Below are positions 1-13,754 of a DNA stretch of 64,000 bases, one piece after another (positions within the stretch are counted from its first letter, which is position 1; the number at the start of each line of letters is the position of its first letter). Source of the stretch: Thainema sp. (GTDB lineage Bacteria; Cyanobacteriota; Cyanobacteriia; Phormidesmidales; Phormidesmidaceae); assembly GCA_052168235.1 (NCBI GenBank), contig JBQLZK010000032.1:13145-77144 (forward strand), given 5' to 3'. Made by a program: the position numbers and the translations under genes. The notes below the pieces were generated by a model, which was not told where the DNA came from, did no database searches, and worked only from the letters and a program-made list of their open reading frames with translations.

Positions 1-297
1 CCACTTGGGCAACAACGCTGGTGAACTGTTCCCGGCTGCGCTGTTCCTCCTTGGCGGAGCGACTTGGATAGCAAAGCCACATGCACCAGGCCCGAAAAAT
101 TCCTCTAGCCACAGCCAAACCTTTTGGCAGTAGGGACACCAAGCATGATTATCGCGATACAGCGTCACTCGCACGTCGGCTTCAGAATGGCCAAACAGGC
201 GCAGTCGCGCTTGAGCATTGGTTGGCCCATTGACAGTGTCGATCTGGAAATCAGTCAGGGCTTCTAGTTCTGTCCAACTGAGAGGAGCAGTAGTCAT
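1..297 (-). pseudogene. Glutathione S-transferase family gene with internal deletion and frameshift (runs off the left edge)
   Basis: Manual translation from ATG at 297 gives [66 protein letters not shown] (CPYC GST N-terminus). Near position 99 the sequence jumps, in another frame, to [25 protein letters not shown], which as I recall lies much further downstream in cyanobacterial homologs. Confidence 0.7.
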
Positions 298-477
298 AGC
301 GTTATGGCTTCTAAGCAAGAATGTTAGGTCGCTATCGTCTAATGTAAAACAAAGTTTACATTTCTCACACCTTACACGAAGTCCGATGAAAACTCGATGG
401 TTCATTTTTGTGAAAGGCTGGCTGGGCCAGCCTTTCACAAAAATCAATTGGGCTCTCATACAGGGACTTAACCTTAC

Positions 478-540
478 GAATCCATCCCAAACGAGAGCGT
501 CTGCTGCGGTGCGGCAGACGCTCTCGTTTGGGATGGATTC
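478..540. repeat. Long perfect inverted repeat downstream of malQ (possible terminator or REP-like element)
   Basis: GAATCCATCCCAAACGAGAGCGTCTGC...GCAGACGCTCTCGTTTGGGATGGATTC. Confidence 0.7.
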
Positions 541-553
541 AGACAACGACGCG

Positions 554-2047
554 CTATCGACTATAAGTTTTGGTACAGTCCAGCAACCGTTGTGCTAATT
601 CCTCACTGAGCTGGTCAGAACTCGTGTAGCGCCAGCGCCAGTTACCTGCGGGCGTACTGGGGTCGTTCATGCGGCCTTCGTGGCCGAGGCCCATCACGTC
701 CTGTAGCTGCACAACGGCTAGATCGGCAATCGACGCATAGGCTAGTCGCAGCAGTGCCCAGTTGATTTCCTGAATTTGGTTAGGAGAGTCAAAACCGAGA
801 TAACGAGCGACAGACTGCTTCACCTGATCGCTGGCATCCTGCTCCCACCAGCCAATGGCCGTATCGTTGTCATGGGTACCGACGTAGACGACGCAGTTGC
901 GGACAAAATTATGGGGCAAATAGGGATTTTTATCGTCCTCTCCAAAGGCAAACAGAAGAATTTTCATGCCGGGGAATTCGAAATTGTCGCGCAGCGCTTC
1001 CACTTCCGGCGTTATAATGCCCAAGTCTTCGGCCAGGACAGGTAGACTGCCAAGCCGCTCTCCTAAGGTTTCGAAAAAGGCATATCCTGGTGCTTCAATC
1101 CACTCGCCATTCATCGCTGTTTCTTCCCCAGCAGGCACCTGCCAGTAAGCTTCGAAGGCGCGGAAGTGGTCAATCCGGACGATATCAACGTATTCCAGGG
1201 TGGCTTTGAAGCGCTTCACCCACCAGTCAAAATTAGTGTTCTTCAGGTAGTCCCAGTCGTAAACGGGATTACCCCAGAGCTGTCCAGTGGCGCTGAAGTA
1301 GTCTGGCGGAACGCCTGCGATGTAGAGCGGCTGGAGTGTTTCCGGGTCGAGCTTGAAGCATTTTGGATCGGCCCAAACGTCAGCGCTGTTGTAGCACACA
1401 TAGATGGACACATCGCCGACAATTTGAATGCCGCGCTCGTTGGCGTAAGCTCGTAACCGCTTCCACTGCTCAAAGAACTTGAACTGCACAAAGCGGTGAT
1501 ACTGAATCTCATCCTTGAGCGTTTCGGCCTGCTCTTGGAGGGCGGCGGGTTCGCGACGTGCGATCGCACTTTCCCACTGACTCCATTCTTTACCCTCATT
1601 GGCGTCTAGCAGCGCCATAAATAAGACGTAGTCCTCTAGCCAAGCAGCCTGTTCTTGGCAGAACTGTTCAAAGGCATCGTCGGGTTTGAATCGCTGATAG
1701 GCTTGCCGGAGATACTGGGTTTTGTGGGGAATGACTCGGTCGAAATCAACGCGGGTCGGATTAGTATCCGTGATCGGTTCGAGCTGATCGGCATCTAGCA
1801 AACCTTCTTCTGCCAACTGCTCCAGGCTGACCATCAGCGGATTGCCCGCGAAGGCGCTGAAGTTCATCGTGTAGGGGGAATGCTCGTAACCCGTTGGCCC
1901 CAGCGGTAGGATCTGCCAAATCCGCTGACCGCTGCGCTCCAGAAAATTAATAAATTCATAGGCTGACTGGCCTAAATCACCAATCCCAAACTGACTGGGT
2001 AAGCTAGTGGGGTGTAGGAGGATTCCGCTGGAGCGTTGGAAGGGCAT
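554..2047 (-). CDS. malQ: 4-alpha-glucanotransferase (amylomaltase, GH77)
   Basis: [14 protein letters not shown]-terminus; [37 protein letters not shown]. Confidence 0.97.
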   Translation of the reverse strand: MPFQRSSGILLHPTSLPSQFGIGDLGQSAYEFINFLERSGQRIWQILPLGPTGYEHSPYTMNFSAFAGNPLMVSLEQLAEEGLLDADQLEPITDTNPTRVDFDRVIPHKTQYLRQAYQRFKPDDAFEQFCQEQAAWLEDYVLFMALLDANEGKEWSQWESAIARREPAALQEQAETLKDEIQYHRFVQFKFFEQWKRLRAYANERGIQIVGDVSIYVCYNSADVWADPKCFKLDPETLQPLYIAGVPPDYFSATGQLWGNPVYDWDYLKNTNFDWWVKRFKATLEYVDIVRIDHFRAFEAYWQVPAGEETAMNGEWIEAPGYAFFETLGERLGSLPVLAEDLGIITPEVEALRDNFEFPGMKILLFAFGEDDKNPYLPHNFVRNCVVYVGTHDNDTAIGWWEQDASDQVKQSVARYLGFDSPNQIQEINWALLRLAYASIADLAVVQLQDVMGLGHEGRMNDPSTPAGNWRWRYTSSDQLSEELAQRLLDCTKTYSR

Positions 2048-2209
2048 ACAAAATTTGAGTTAATTGGCTACCACAAATTAACGTTAGATCACGATTTCAG
2101 GCATGAATCGCAGGATAGATTTAAGGTGCAGTAGGTGAAATAGATGCGGTAGGTGCAATAGGTGCGATCGCATCTATCGCAGCTCACTGGCTAACAATCG
2201 CAAGCTGTT

Positions 2210-2223
2210 GTATAGAAGATTAC
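2210..2223. promoter_or_regulatory. Candidate NtcA box upstream of amidase 1
   Basis: GTAtagaagatTAC (GTA-N8-TAC); no clean -10 at the canonical spacing. Confidence 0.3.
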
Positions 2224-2403
2224 TAGCAAGATTACTGATTAAAGATTTATCAAGGCTTCCTAACCTGCCTCACACTTTAGCTTACGCTTTAGTCACAAGT
2301 AATACAGTGAAATCACTGAATTTGCTCCTATAAATCTCTATAGGTTGTGTGTGCTGCGTGTACTGCGCTTTAACTCCCGTAATTACACGCAGAACTTCTT
2401 CTT

Positions 2404-2504
2404 ATATCAAGTCTGGTTAAAAAAACATCATTCATTTTTGTGAAACGCTTGCAGAGCAAGCGTTTCACAAAAATGAATTGGGTTCTTACACACAGACTTG
2501 ATAT
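2404..2504. repeat. Family A ~100-bp palindromic dispersed repeat (MITE-like)
   Basis: Ends ATATCAAGTCTG...CAGACTTGATAT with an internal hairpin TTTTGTGAAACG...CGTTTCACAAAA. Related copies at ~372, 14988, 24330, 26391, 28854, 46520, 48258, 49792, 50289 and 57355. Confidence 0.85.
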
Positions 2505-2536
2505 TAGTTTTCAATTACTTTGTAGGAGCGGACTCG

Positions 2537-4216
2537 GTGTTTAATCCTGTAAAATATGCCGCTGTTGCGGCGGCGGTCTCAGTAGTTTCACTTCCCAAAG
2601 CCTCTTTAGCGGCGACATTCAGTTTAATTGATGCTTCCGTTTCAGATATCAATCGCGCCTTTAACGCAGGTGCTCTGACCTCAGAAAGCCTAACTCAGCT
2701 CTATCTCAACCGGATTGACGCCTATGAAGGGCAGCTCAACAATTTCATCAGCATCAATCCCGATGCCTTAGAAACAGCCAAGCTACTGGATCTAGAGCGG
2801 CAAACCTCCGGGCCACGCAGTATCCTACACGGCATTCCCGTTGTCCTGAAAGATAATATTGACACCTTTGATCTGCCCACAACAGCCGGGTCAGTGGCTT
2901 TAGAAGGCTCGATTCCGCCAGATGATGCGTTCATCACGGCTAAGTTGCGCGATGCTGGAGCCATCATTCTGGGCAAAGCCAGTCTGACTGAATTTGCCAA
3001 CTTCCTTACGTCAGGTATGCCAGGCGGCTATAGCTCCCTCAATGGCTATACCTTTAACCCATACAATCCGTTTCCGCTTGAGGGCGGAGATGGTAGACCT
3101 GCGCTGTCGCCTGGCGGATCGAGTGCAGGATCGGGAGCTTTAATAGCCGCAAACTTGGCCCCGCTTTCGATTGGTACTGAAACCTCCGGATCGATCTTGA
3201 GTCCGGCCAACCAAAATTCGGTTGTTGGCATTAAGCCAACCGTCGGTCTGATTAGCCGCGACGGGATTATTCCAATCGCCGCCAGTCAAGATACGGCTGG
3301 CCCCTTCGGTAAGACGGTTGCTGATGCGGCAGCCCTATTGGGCTTCTTGACGGGAGTTGATCCCAGCGATCCGGCAACAGCAGCAAGCGAGGGCAAGTTT
3401 TTTACTGACTACACCCAATTTTTAGATAAAGATGCGCTAGCAGGCGCTCGGATTGGGGTGCCCCAGGCACAGTACTGGGAGGGTCTGGACGCCGATCAGA
3501 TCGCTATTGTCGAAGATGCGATCGCAACCATTCAGTCTCTCGGTGCAGAGATCATCTACGAAGATATTCCTAATCTGGAAGATGTCAATGCCCTCAGCTC
3601 TGACGTACTGTTTTACGAGTTCAAGCGTGACCTAAACGCCTATCTTGAAAGCCTGGGGCCAGATGCTCCGGTTAAGAGTTTAGCCGACGTAATCGCCTTC
3701 AATGAGGCCAATGCAGACGTGGCGCTGAAGTATGGTCAAACTCGTGCAGCCCTGGCTGAGGAAAATGATCTGTCCCCCTTCAGCGAAGACACACTGGCCT
3801 ACTTGGAAGCTCGGGCAGCAGATCTACGGGTTGCCAAAGAGGAAGGCATCGACACCTACATTGAAACATTTGACCTAGATGCAATTCTGTTTCCAGCCAC
3901 CCGAGGCGCAGGCATTGCCGCTAAAGCTGGCTACCCCAGCGTTTTGGTACCAGCTGGCTACTTAGAATCAGGCGCACCCTACGGTGTCACCTTCTCAGGA
4001 CTGGCGTTTAGCGAACCTGACCTGATTGGCTTTGCCTATGCCTACGAGCAAGCATCTCAAAAGCGAGTGGCACCGAGTCTATTTCCAGCCCTCGCCGGAG
4101 AAGAGTTTGAGTACAAGGCTGTGCCTGAACCTGGCACGCTGCCTGCTGTCGTTGCTCTGGGTGGTGCCCTGCTGGGATATCGGCTGATCAAGCGGCGGTC
4201 TACTGTTCAGGTCTAA
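2537..4216 (+). CDS. Secreted amidase-signature family amidase with PEP-CTERM tail (amidase 1)
   Basis: Signal-peptide-like N-terminus; PVVLKDN, GGSSAG and GTETSGS (Lys-cisSer-Ser triad); C-terminal VPEPG-hydrophobic-KRR. Likely GTG start at 2537 after AGGAG. Confidence 0.9.
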   Translation: MFNPVKYAAVAAAVSVVSLPKASLAATFSLIDASVSDINRAFNAGALTSESLTQLYLNRIDAYEGQLNNFISINPDALETAKLLDLERQTSGPRSILHGIPVVLKDNIDTFDLPTTAGSVALEGSIPPDDAFITAKLRDAGAIILGKASLTEFANFLTSGMPGGYSSLNGYTFNPYNPFPLEGGDGRPALSPGGSSAGSGALIAANLAPLSIGTETSGSILSPANQNSVVGIKPTVGLISRDGIIPIAASQDTAGPFGKTVADAAALLGFLTGVDPSDPATAASEGKFFTDYTQFLDKDALAGARIGVPQAQYWEGLDADQIAIVEDAIATIQSLGAEIIYEDIPNLEDVNALSSDVLFYEFKRDLNAYLESLGPDAPVKSLADVIAFNEANADVALKYGQTRAALAEENDLSPFSEDTLAYLEARAADLRVAKEEGIDTYIETFDLDAILFPATRGAGIAAKAGYPSVLVPAGYLESGAPYGVTFSGLAFSEPDLIGFAYAYEQASQKRVAPSLFPALAGEEFEYKAVPEPGTLPAVVALGGALLGYRLIKRRSTVQV

Positions 4217-4538
4217 CAGCTATTTGAGTGAAAGCCTTTGTCCAGTGAGTGTTTCGCGTAGTCGATGGCTTCGCCTAGAAAAAGGGGGGAATTGACTCAA
4301 AGTTCCCCCTTTTCAAGGGGGATTTAGCAGGGTGGTTTCATTTTGCCAAAATAAATTCTAGAGTCGCCATTTCACGTATCTGGTAGGGGCGAATGGCCAT
4401 TCGCCCTTACGCAACGTTTATGGTTCTAAATTATTCTCTGCCTAGGGGAATCTTAACGGTAAACGGAGTCTAGAGACTTGTGCATATATTGCTCCCACAG
4501 GAGAAGGGGAGCCGGATCGAAAGTCCCTCTCCTGCGGG

Positions 4539-4703
4539 CTACTGTTTATACATAAGTCTCCTAGACTTCGTTTCGGCGTTGAGATCCCCCCTAGCCCCCC
4601 TTAAAAAGGGGGGAACTGGCTCAAAGTTCCCCCTTTTTAAGGGGGATTTAGGGGGATCAGTCCGGGATTTAGAAGGACTATTTAGGATGTGTATAAGCAG
4701 TAG
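4539..4703. mobile_element. Family B 165-bp MITE inserted in a REP-like hairpin
   Basis: TIRs CTACTGTTTATACA...TGTATAAGCAGTAG; flanks CTCCTGCGGG / CTCCTACGGG resemble a TSD; four copies in the window. Confidence 0.85.
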
Positions 4704-4740
4704 CTCCTACGGGAGAGGGATTTAGGGTGAGGGCAAGCTA

Positions 4741-6498
4741 TTAAACGATTACTCGGTGTCTGCTTGCACAGCGGGAACGCCGTTTCAGGAGTCTGTATCC
4801 CAGTAAAGCGCCACCCATACTGACCAGAACCACTTCAAAACCGGGTTCTGAAACGGGTGTATACTCAAACTCTTCGCCTGCCAAAGCTGGCGTTAGGGTT
4901 GGAGCTTTACGGTACTTCGTTGCCTGCTCAAATGAGTAGGCCAATCCTAATAGAGTGGATTCACTGAACGGGCGGCCTGTGAGGGACAAGGTAACTGGCA
5001 AGCCCTGAGAGCCAAATCCGGCTGGAACAGTGACATCCGGCAGTCCAGTCGAACTAGCAAACAGCGCTTGCCGAGATGGCGGATTACCCGGCGGATCGAC
5101 AAAGGTTGGATCGCTAATTCCAATTGCCGGACGGGCAAAGGTATCGACTGTCGGGAAAAGAAACGCATCCAGATTGAGCGAATCGAGCCGACCAATCAAT
5201 GTGTCTCTGAGGAAGGGCGCAATCACTTCAGCCACTTCCTGATAATCGGCTACTTCTGATTCTCCCTCTTCAACCGAGGAGCTTAATGTGCCGATGATTC
5301 TAGAGGGCGTTGCAGAATTGGCAACTTCTGGAGACTCCAAAATGGCAATGATTTCTTCTAACGTCTTGGGATATTTAGGATCTAAGGTCGCCAAATATTC
5401 TTCCAGGTAGATCTCCTGCTCAACATCAATTGCAGTACCGTATACCCCGCTTAAGGTTGACAAGAAAGCGTCTTCAAATGACGTTTCAACAATCTCGGCT
5501 CCTAAGCCTTTCATCACCTGGATCGCGTTTTCTACCAGAGCGGTAACTTCTGGATCGACCCCGTTTTCTTCACCCAGATAGTTGGTGACTAAACCCAAGC
5601 GAGCCCCCTTCAACGCATCCTTATCGAGGAACTGGGTGTAGTCATCGTAAAACTTATCTAGCTCAATCGGTGGAGCCTCAATCGGCGTTTTGATGCCTGG
5701 GTTATTCGGATCAAACTCTGCCATTACACTCAGTGCGATCGCAGCATCTTCGACCGAGCGAGCCATCGGGCCGATCATGTCTCTAGACAACACGAACGGA
5801 ATAATGCCGTCCAAACTCAGCAGTCCCCGCGTTGGCCGGACACACACCAACCCTTGGAACGAACAGGGTGTTCGAATGGAACCACCTGTATCGCTACCTG
5901 TACCAAAGGTGGCAAAATTGGCTGCGATCGCAGCTCCTGTACCGCCGCTTGAACCACCGGACTGCCGCAGCAAATTGTATGGATTAAAGGTTTGCCCGCC
6001 AAGGGAACTGTAGCCTGAGCCAGAAATGGCAAATTCGTCCATCTCGGCTTTGCCAAAAATAATAGCTCCAGCATCGCGGAGTAAATCCACAACAAAGGCA
6101 TCATCTGGCGGAATCGAACCTACTAATGCATCTGAACCTCCCGTTGTTGGGATGTCAAAAGTGTCGTGATTGTCCTTGAACAGAATCGGAATGCCATGCA
6201 GTGGACTGCGAGGGCCGCTCGTTTGACGCTCCAAATCGAGGGCTTTAGCAATGTCTAAAACATTCGAATTCGTGGCAATAACCGAATTAATGGCTGGGCC
6301 AGTATCATCATAGGCGGCAATCCGATCCAGGTACAATCCCACCAATTTTTCTGATGTTAAAGCACCTGAGTTGAAGGCTTTATTGATATCGCGAATGGTG
6401 GCATCCTGCAAGCTAAACGTTGCTGCGATCGCAGATTCTGCTGTAACAATAGCCAGCGATGCACATGCCGCTGCAAAACTCGCAACAGTTTTGAACAT
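4741..6498 (-). CDS. Secreted amidase with degenerate PEP-CTERM (VSEPG) tail (amidase 2)
   Basis: PILFKDN, GGSSGG, GSDTGGSIR; signal-peptide-like N-terminus; VSEPG-hydrophobic-KRR C-terminus. Confidence 0.9.
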   Translation of the reverse strand: MFKTVASFAAACASLAIVTAESAIAATFSLQDATIRDINKAFNSGALTSEKLVGLYLDRIAAYDDTGPAINSVIATNSNVLDIAKALDLERQTSGPRSPLHGIPILFKDNHDTFDIPTTGGSDALVGSIPPDDAFVVDLLRDAGAIIFGKAEMDEFAISGSGYSSLGGQTFNPYNLLRQSGGSSGGTGAAIAANFATFGTGSDTGGSIRTPCSFQGLVCVRPTRGLLSLDGIIPFVLSRDMIGPMARSVEDAAIALSVMAEFDPNNPGIKTPIEAPPIELDKFYDDYTQFLDKDALKGARLGLVTNYLGEENGVDPEVTALVENAIQVMKGLGAEIVETSFEDAFLSTLSGVYGTAIDVEQEIYLEEYLATLDPKYPKTLEEIIAILESPEVANSATPSRIIGTLSSSVEEGESEVADYQEVAEVIAPFLRDTLIGRLDSLNLDAFLFPTVDTFARPAIGISDPTFVDPPGNPPSRQALFASSTGLPDVTVPAGFGSQGLPVTLSLTGRPFSESTLLGLAYSFEQATKYRKAPTLTPALAGEEFEYTPVSEPGFEVVLVSMGGALLGYRLLKRRSRCASRHRVIV

Positions 6499-7066
6499 AA
6501 TAGGAACTCTTCAGTGAATTGAACAACAGGGAGCAGCTTTTAAAGCAAAAGAAAACAGCAAACTTTTCGTATTTTTAAAAGCAATCAACCCACAATATTT
6601 TTCAGATTCAATTGTCTCAATAATTTCCGCAAAAAACCGTTCAAACTGAACAATAAAAATCGAGTCAGGGAGAGAATATTCGAAACTTTAATATGAGAAA
6701 TTTACTGCAAAAATAATTGTAAATATTGGATTTAGCACTACACCTATAAGGTAGATAACAGTGCTTTAAGGATTATGAAGCAATTAGCCTACAAGTCGTT
6801 TCACCTGTAGGAACACGGCAATGCCGTGTCCCTACAGCAAGAATTTCAACTGATTAAATTTGCGTTCCTAAGTATCGCTTTGTTTGTCAGATATGGCAAC
6901 GCAATTTTTTGAAATAAGAACAAGTTAACAGCACAAAACTGCAACTGCTTTTAAGGAAATTTATTTTAGTGGGTTGGATTGAATAACGCCAAACCCAATC
7001 CCAAACGAGTTCTTTTTTGTCAGCAAGCTAGATGGCAGGACTTCATCACTGGTAATAACTAAATAC

Positions 7067-8713
7067 CTAAACCTGGCTAGATTTTCTTCTGCTTACAACT
7101 AATGCTCCGCCGACAACCATTACTAAGGCCGCAGTTGCACCAGGCTCAGGAATTTTTTCACCTGGTAGTGGAGGGGTAGTGCTGGGTGGACGACGAAAGC
7201 CTGTACCTTGTTCAAAAGCGTATGTAAGCTTGAGCAACGTTGGCTCATCATAGGCTCTGCCCAAAAACTCTAAGCCAACGGGTAAGCCATCCTCTGTAAA
7301 ACCAGCCGGGACCGTAATTGCAGGAAAACCAGAGAATGGGCTCAAGCGATTACCCGCACCAGCCGCCAAGCCCTCGCCTAGAATATTCGGTGGGCTTGCC
7401 ACCGAGGGATAGATCAGCGCATCTAATCCCATCAGTGCCTCCAACAGAGAGGTTTGTGTGAGAAGGGGACGCTCAGTGATGATGCGAATATACTCTGGGT
7501 CATCTTCTGGTGCAGGCCGCTCATTCCGGGAGATATAGGATCCTTCAAAGTCTTCCAGATAGAGCCCACTGTCAATGATGTCTCCTAATGATTTGACTCC
7601 AGACGGTGGGGTAGGACGCTCCGCCAGATAGTTGTTCAGATCCCGCTTGAACTCGAAGGAACTGAGACTAGGGAACGACAGTATTTCGCTAAGGTTGGGA
7701 ATGGTAACGTCTTTCACCTCTGCGCCCAAGGCACTGAGGGCGTTGATCGCGTTGTTAATCACCGCTGTTGTCTTGGCACTCTCAGGATTTGAGTCGAGGC
7801 CGAATAAATCGCGCACGACGCCAATCTTGGCCCCCTGTAGCCCATTTAGATCGAGAAAGGTCGTATAGTCATCAGGAGTCTTACCGATACTGCCCGCAGT
7901 CGCTGGATCGTCTGGATCAAAGCCCACAGTTGCGTTGAGGGCTAAAGCTGCGTCCGTCACAGTGCGGGTCATGGGGCCACCCACATCTTGACTCAGCGCC
8001 AGAGGAATAATGCCGGAACGACTGGAGAGGCCAATGGTCGGACGAATACCAACTAGGCTGTTAAACGACGAAGGTACCCGAATTGAGCCACCCGTGTCAG
8101 TACCAAAGCCTAAAACACCAAAATTAGCTGCGATCGCAGCTCCCGTACCGCCACTAGAACCACCAGCATTCCGAATTGGGTCATAAGGATTGACCGTTGT
8201 CCCTCCCAGCGAGCTAGTGCTAGTAAACGAAAACGCAAATTCTGAAAGGTTGGCCTTGGCTAGAATGAGTGCCCCTGCTTCCCTCAGACCCGCCACCTGA
8301 AACGCATCTTCTCCGGTCAAAAAGCCTTCTAGGGCCAAAGCTCCGGCAGTTGTCGGCATATCGACCGTGTCATAGTTATCCTTCAGAATGACAGGGACAC
8401 AGTGGAGTGAGCCGACTGGCCCAGACGCTGCATAGGCAGCATCAAGTTCAGCCGCAATACCCAGTGCATTGGGGTTCGTCGCAATAATGGCATTAAGAGA
8501 TGGGCCTTGATCGTCGTAAGCCTCAATCCGGTTGAGATAGAGCTGGGTGATATCGGTACAGGTCACTGCCCCAGAACTCAGCCCCTGCTGAATGCTCTCA
8601 ACGGTTGCTTCGCTGAGGTCAAATTTCGCCGCCTTTGCCGCATCTACAGCACAAAACAAGACTGTAGCCGACAAAGTTGTGCAAAAAGCAGCCGTTTTAG
8701 CAAAATTAGTCAT
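7067..8713 (-). CDS. Secreted amidase with PEP-CTERM tail (amidase 3)
   Basis: PVILKDN, GGSSGG, GTDTGGSIR; IPEPG-hydrophobic-RRK; likely start ATG at 8713. Confidence 0.9.
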   Translation of the reverse strand: MTNFAKTAAFCTTLSATVLFCAVDAAKAAKFDLSEATVESIQQGLSSGAVTCTDITQLYLNRIEAYDDQGPSLNAIIATNPNALGIAAELDAAYAASGPVGSLHCVPVILKDNYDTVDMPTTAGALALEGFLTGEDAFQVAGLREAGALILAKANLSEFAFSFTSTSSLGGTTVNPYDPIRNAGGSSGGTGAAIAANFGVLGFGTDTGGSIRVPSSFNSLVGIRPTIGLSSRSGIIPLALSQDVGGPMTRTVTDAALALNATVGFDPDDPATAGSIGKTPDDYTTFLDLNGLQGAKIGVVRDLFGLDSNPESAKTTAVINNAINALSALGAEVKDVTIPNLSEILSFPSLSSFEFKRDLNNYLAERPTPPSGVKSLGDIIDSGLYLEDFEGSYISRNERPAPEDDPEYIRIITERPLLTQTSLLEALMGLDALIYPSVASPPNILGEGLAAGAGNRLSPFSGFPAITVPAGFTEDGLPVGLEFLGRAYDEPTLLKLTYAFEQGTGFRRPPSTTPPLPGEKIPEPGATAALVMVVGGALVVSRRKSSQV

Positions 8714-8991
8714 GGTAGATGAAGGGAACTCTGTAGTGAAATAACTCAGACAGCCAGCACATTGAGTGCTGCGCTCCCGAATATTACTGAGGCTTTCTGT
8801 GTCAAGTTTGTTTTTACTGATACAAGCTTCATCAACCCTTACAGATTCTTTGCAGAAAGATCGGTTTTTGTGAAGCTGCGATAAAGCCACGGCTAGATTA
8901 AGATTGCATCAAATTAGCATCACAATCCAAAACGTGATGCTGGTGACGAACAGCGACAGCAGCAAAATCACTCTGCTGCTTTTTTGAGCGA

Positions 8992-9005
8992 GTATGTGAA
9001 TCTAC
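8992..9005. promoter_or_regulatory. Candidate NtcA box upstream of amidase 3
   Basis: GTAtgtgaatcTAC. Confidence 0.3.
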
Positions 9006-9148
9006 GTACTCGATAGAAACAAATAGGTCGGATAGCCCTTCGAGCGTAGCTACGCTAGCGCCTTACACACGAGCAACACATACAATCAACCGTTTTGGCC
9101 TTGCTCTAAAACAGGAAAACCTCTGCTTGATAAAGCAATCGGACAGAA

Positions 9149-9529
9149 TCAGTTAAATAGCGTGTGTCTGATGCAGCGACCGATAGCTTTGCCATAGCGG
9201 CTGTCTTCTACTTCAAATGCCAGGTTATCAGCCAAAGCCGTCACCTTCAGATCCTGTCCCTCTCCAGTCTGCCCTAGCCACAGGCGCTCAGAGCTATCCT
9301 CTTCTTCACGACTAACGGTTACGATTTCAATGAGTGCCTCATAGCCAGATCCCCGATAAATCTGGACACTAAATGTCGAGGCCATAACATCTAATTCGTC
9401 TACTTGATAAGACCGCAGCTCACCCGCTGCTTCACACTGCCAAACAATCGTTTCGTCAAACGTCATGGGAGTTCCAGCAACAACTAGAGAACTGAGCAAT
9501 CCGAGCCAGAGAGAAATGAGCAGCATCAA
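9149..9529 (-). CDS. Hypothetical secreted protein
   Basis: 126-aa ORF with a hydrophobic N-terminus and AAGGA upstream. Confidence 0.6.
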   Translation of the reverse strand: MMLLISLWLGLLSSLVVAGTPMTFDETIVWQCEAAGELRSYQVDELDVMASTFSVQIYRGSGYEALIEIVTVSREEEDSSERLWLGQTGEGQDLKVTALADNLAFEVEDSRYGKAIGRCIRHTLFN

Positions 9530-9761
9530 TTTCGTCCTTATTTATATATTTATATCGGTAGCAGGAAGCCAATTTGATCAGAAACCATTAGTTTGGGAGG
9601 GTTGTTTTTGGATATAAGTCGCCTTCGTTGTGACCAGATGTGTTGTGACCAGATGCGATCGCATGTCAGCAGATTGTCATTGGATTGGCCATTTGAGCTA
9701 GCATAATGCCACCAGCAACAGCGCTCTTGAACCGAAACAAAGCTGCTTAGGAGAAATAATA

Positions 9762-13172
<3,411 letters not shown>

Positions 13173-13350
13173 ATCAGCTTATCGGCAGCGGCTTGCCCTC
13201 ACCCTAAGTCCCTCTCTCGCTGGGAGAGGGACTTTTGATCTAGCTTCGCTGCTAACTTGCGCTAGATTTTCTAACGCTAGAGAAGTGGAAAAGGCGTTAC
13301 TTAATCTCGGTATGGGCTGTGATGTGGGAGCGCTGATCCCTCAACAAGAG

Positions 13351-13433
13351 GAACTTTGAGCTAGTGGTGGCATAGCCCCTTTTTCAAGGGGGCGGCGACA
13401 GCGGGGGATCGTACAACTACGCCAAACACATAC
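13351..13433. mobile_element. Partial family C MITE inside another hairpin repeat
   Basis: Reverse complement of the left half of the 46881-47045 element, flanked by inverted arms TGTGATGTGGG / CCCACATCACA. Confidence 0.6.
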
Positions 13434-13754
13434 GCTGCCCCACATCACAATTCATACTTAAGATCAGCAATCCCGACCGAGGAAAACGCTTGGTTTAGCT
13501 ATCGTTTACCCATTCATCATCTCAACTAAGGCAGACCTATATAAGTTTTAGATTCCAACCCGATACAGAGGCAAATCGTAGATGGTCACGAAACCATAGA
13601 GGAATGGAATGTATTTGATAAAAACCTGAATCGGGGTACAGAATTGGTTTTCGCGCAACGCCCGCGCTGCGGGCGTTGCGCGAAAATAGTTGAAATTTAC
13701 TACCAAATTCCGTATGACCGACTAGGGTTGCAGTAAACGAGAGGTTTCTAAATT

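Noticed and set aside
4480..4725. 81-aa ORF, and similar ORFs at 17164-17580, 51192-51443 and 51251-51481
   Set aside because: These are translations of the family B MITE, not genes.
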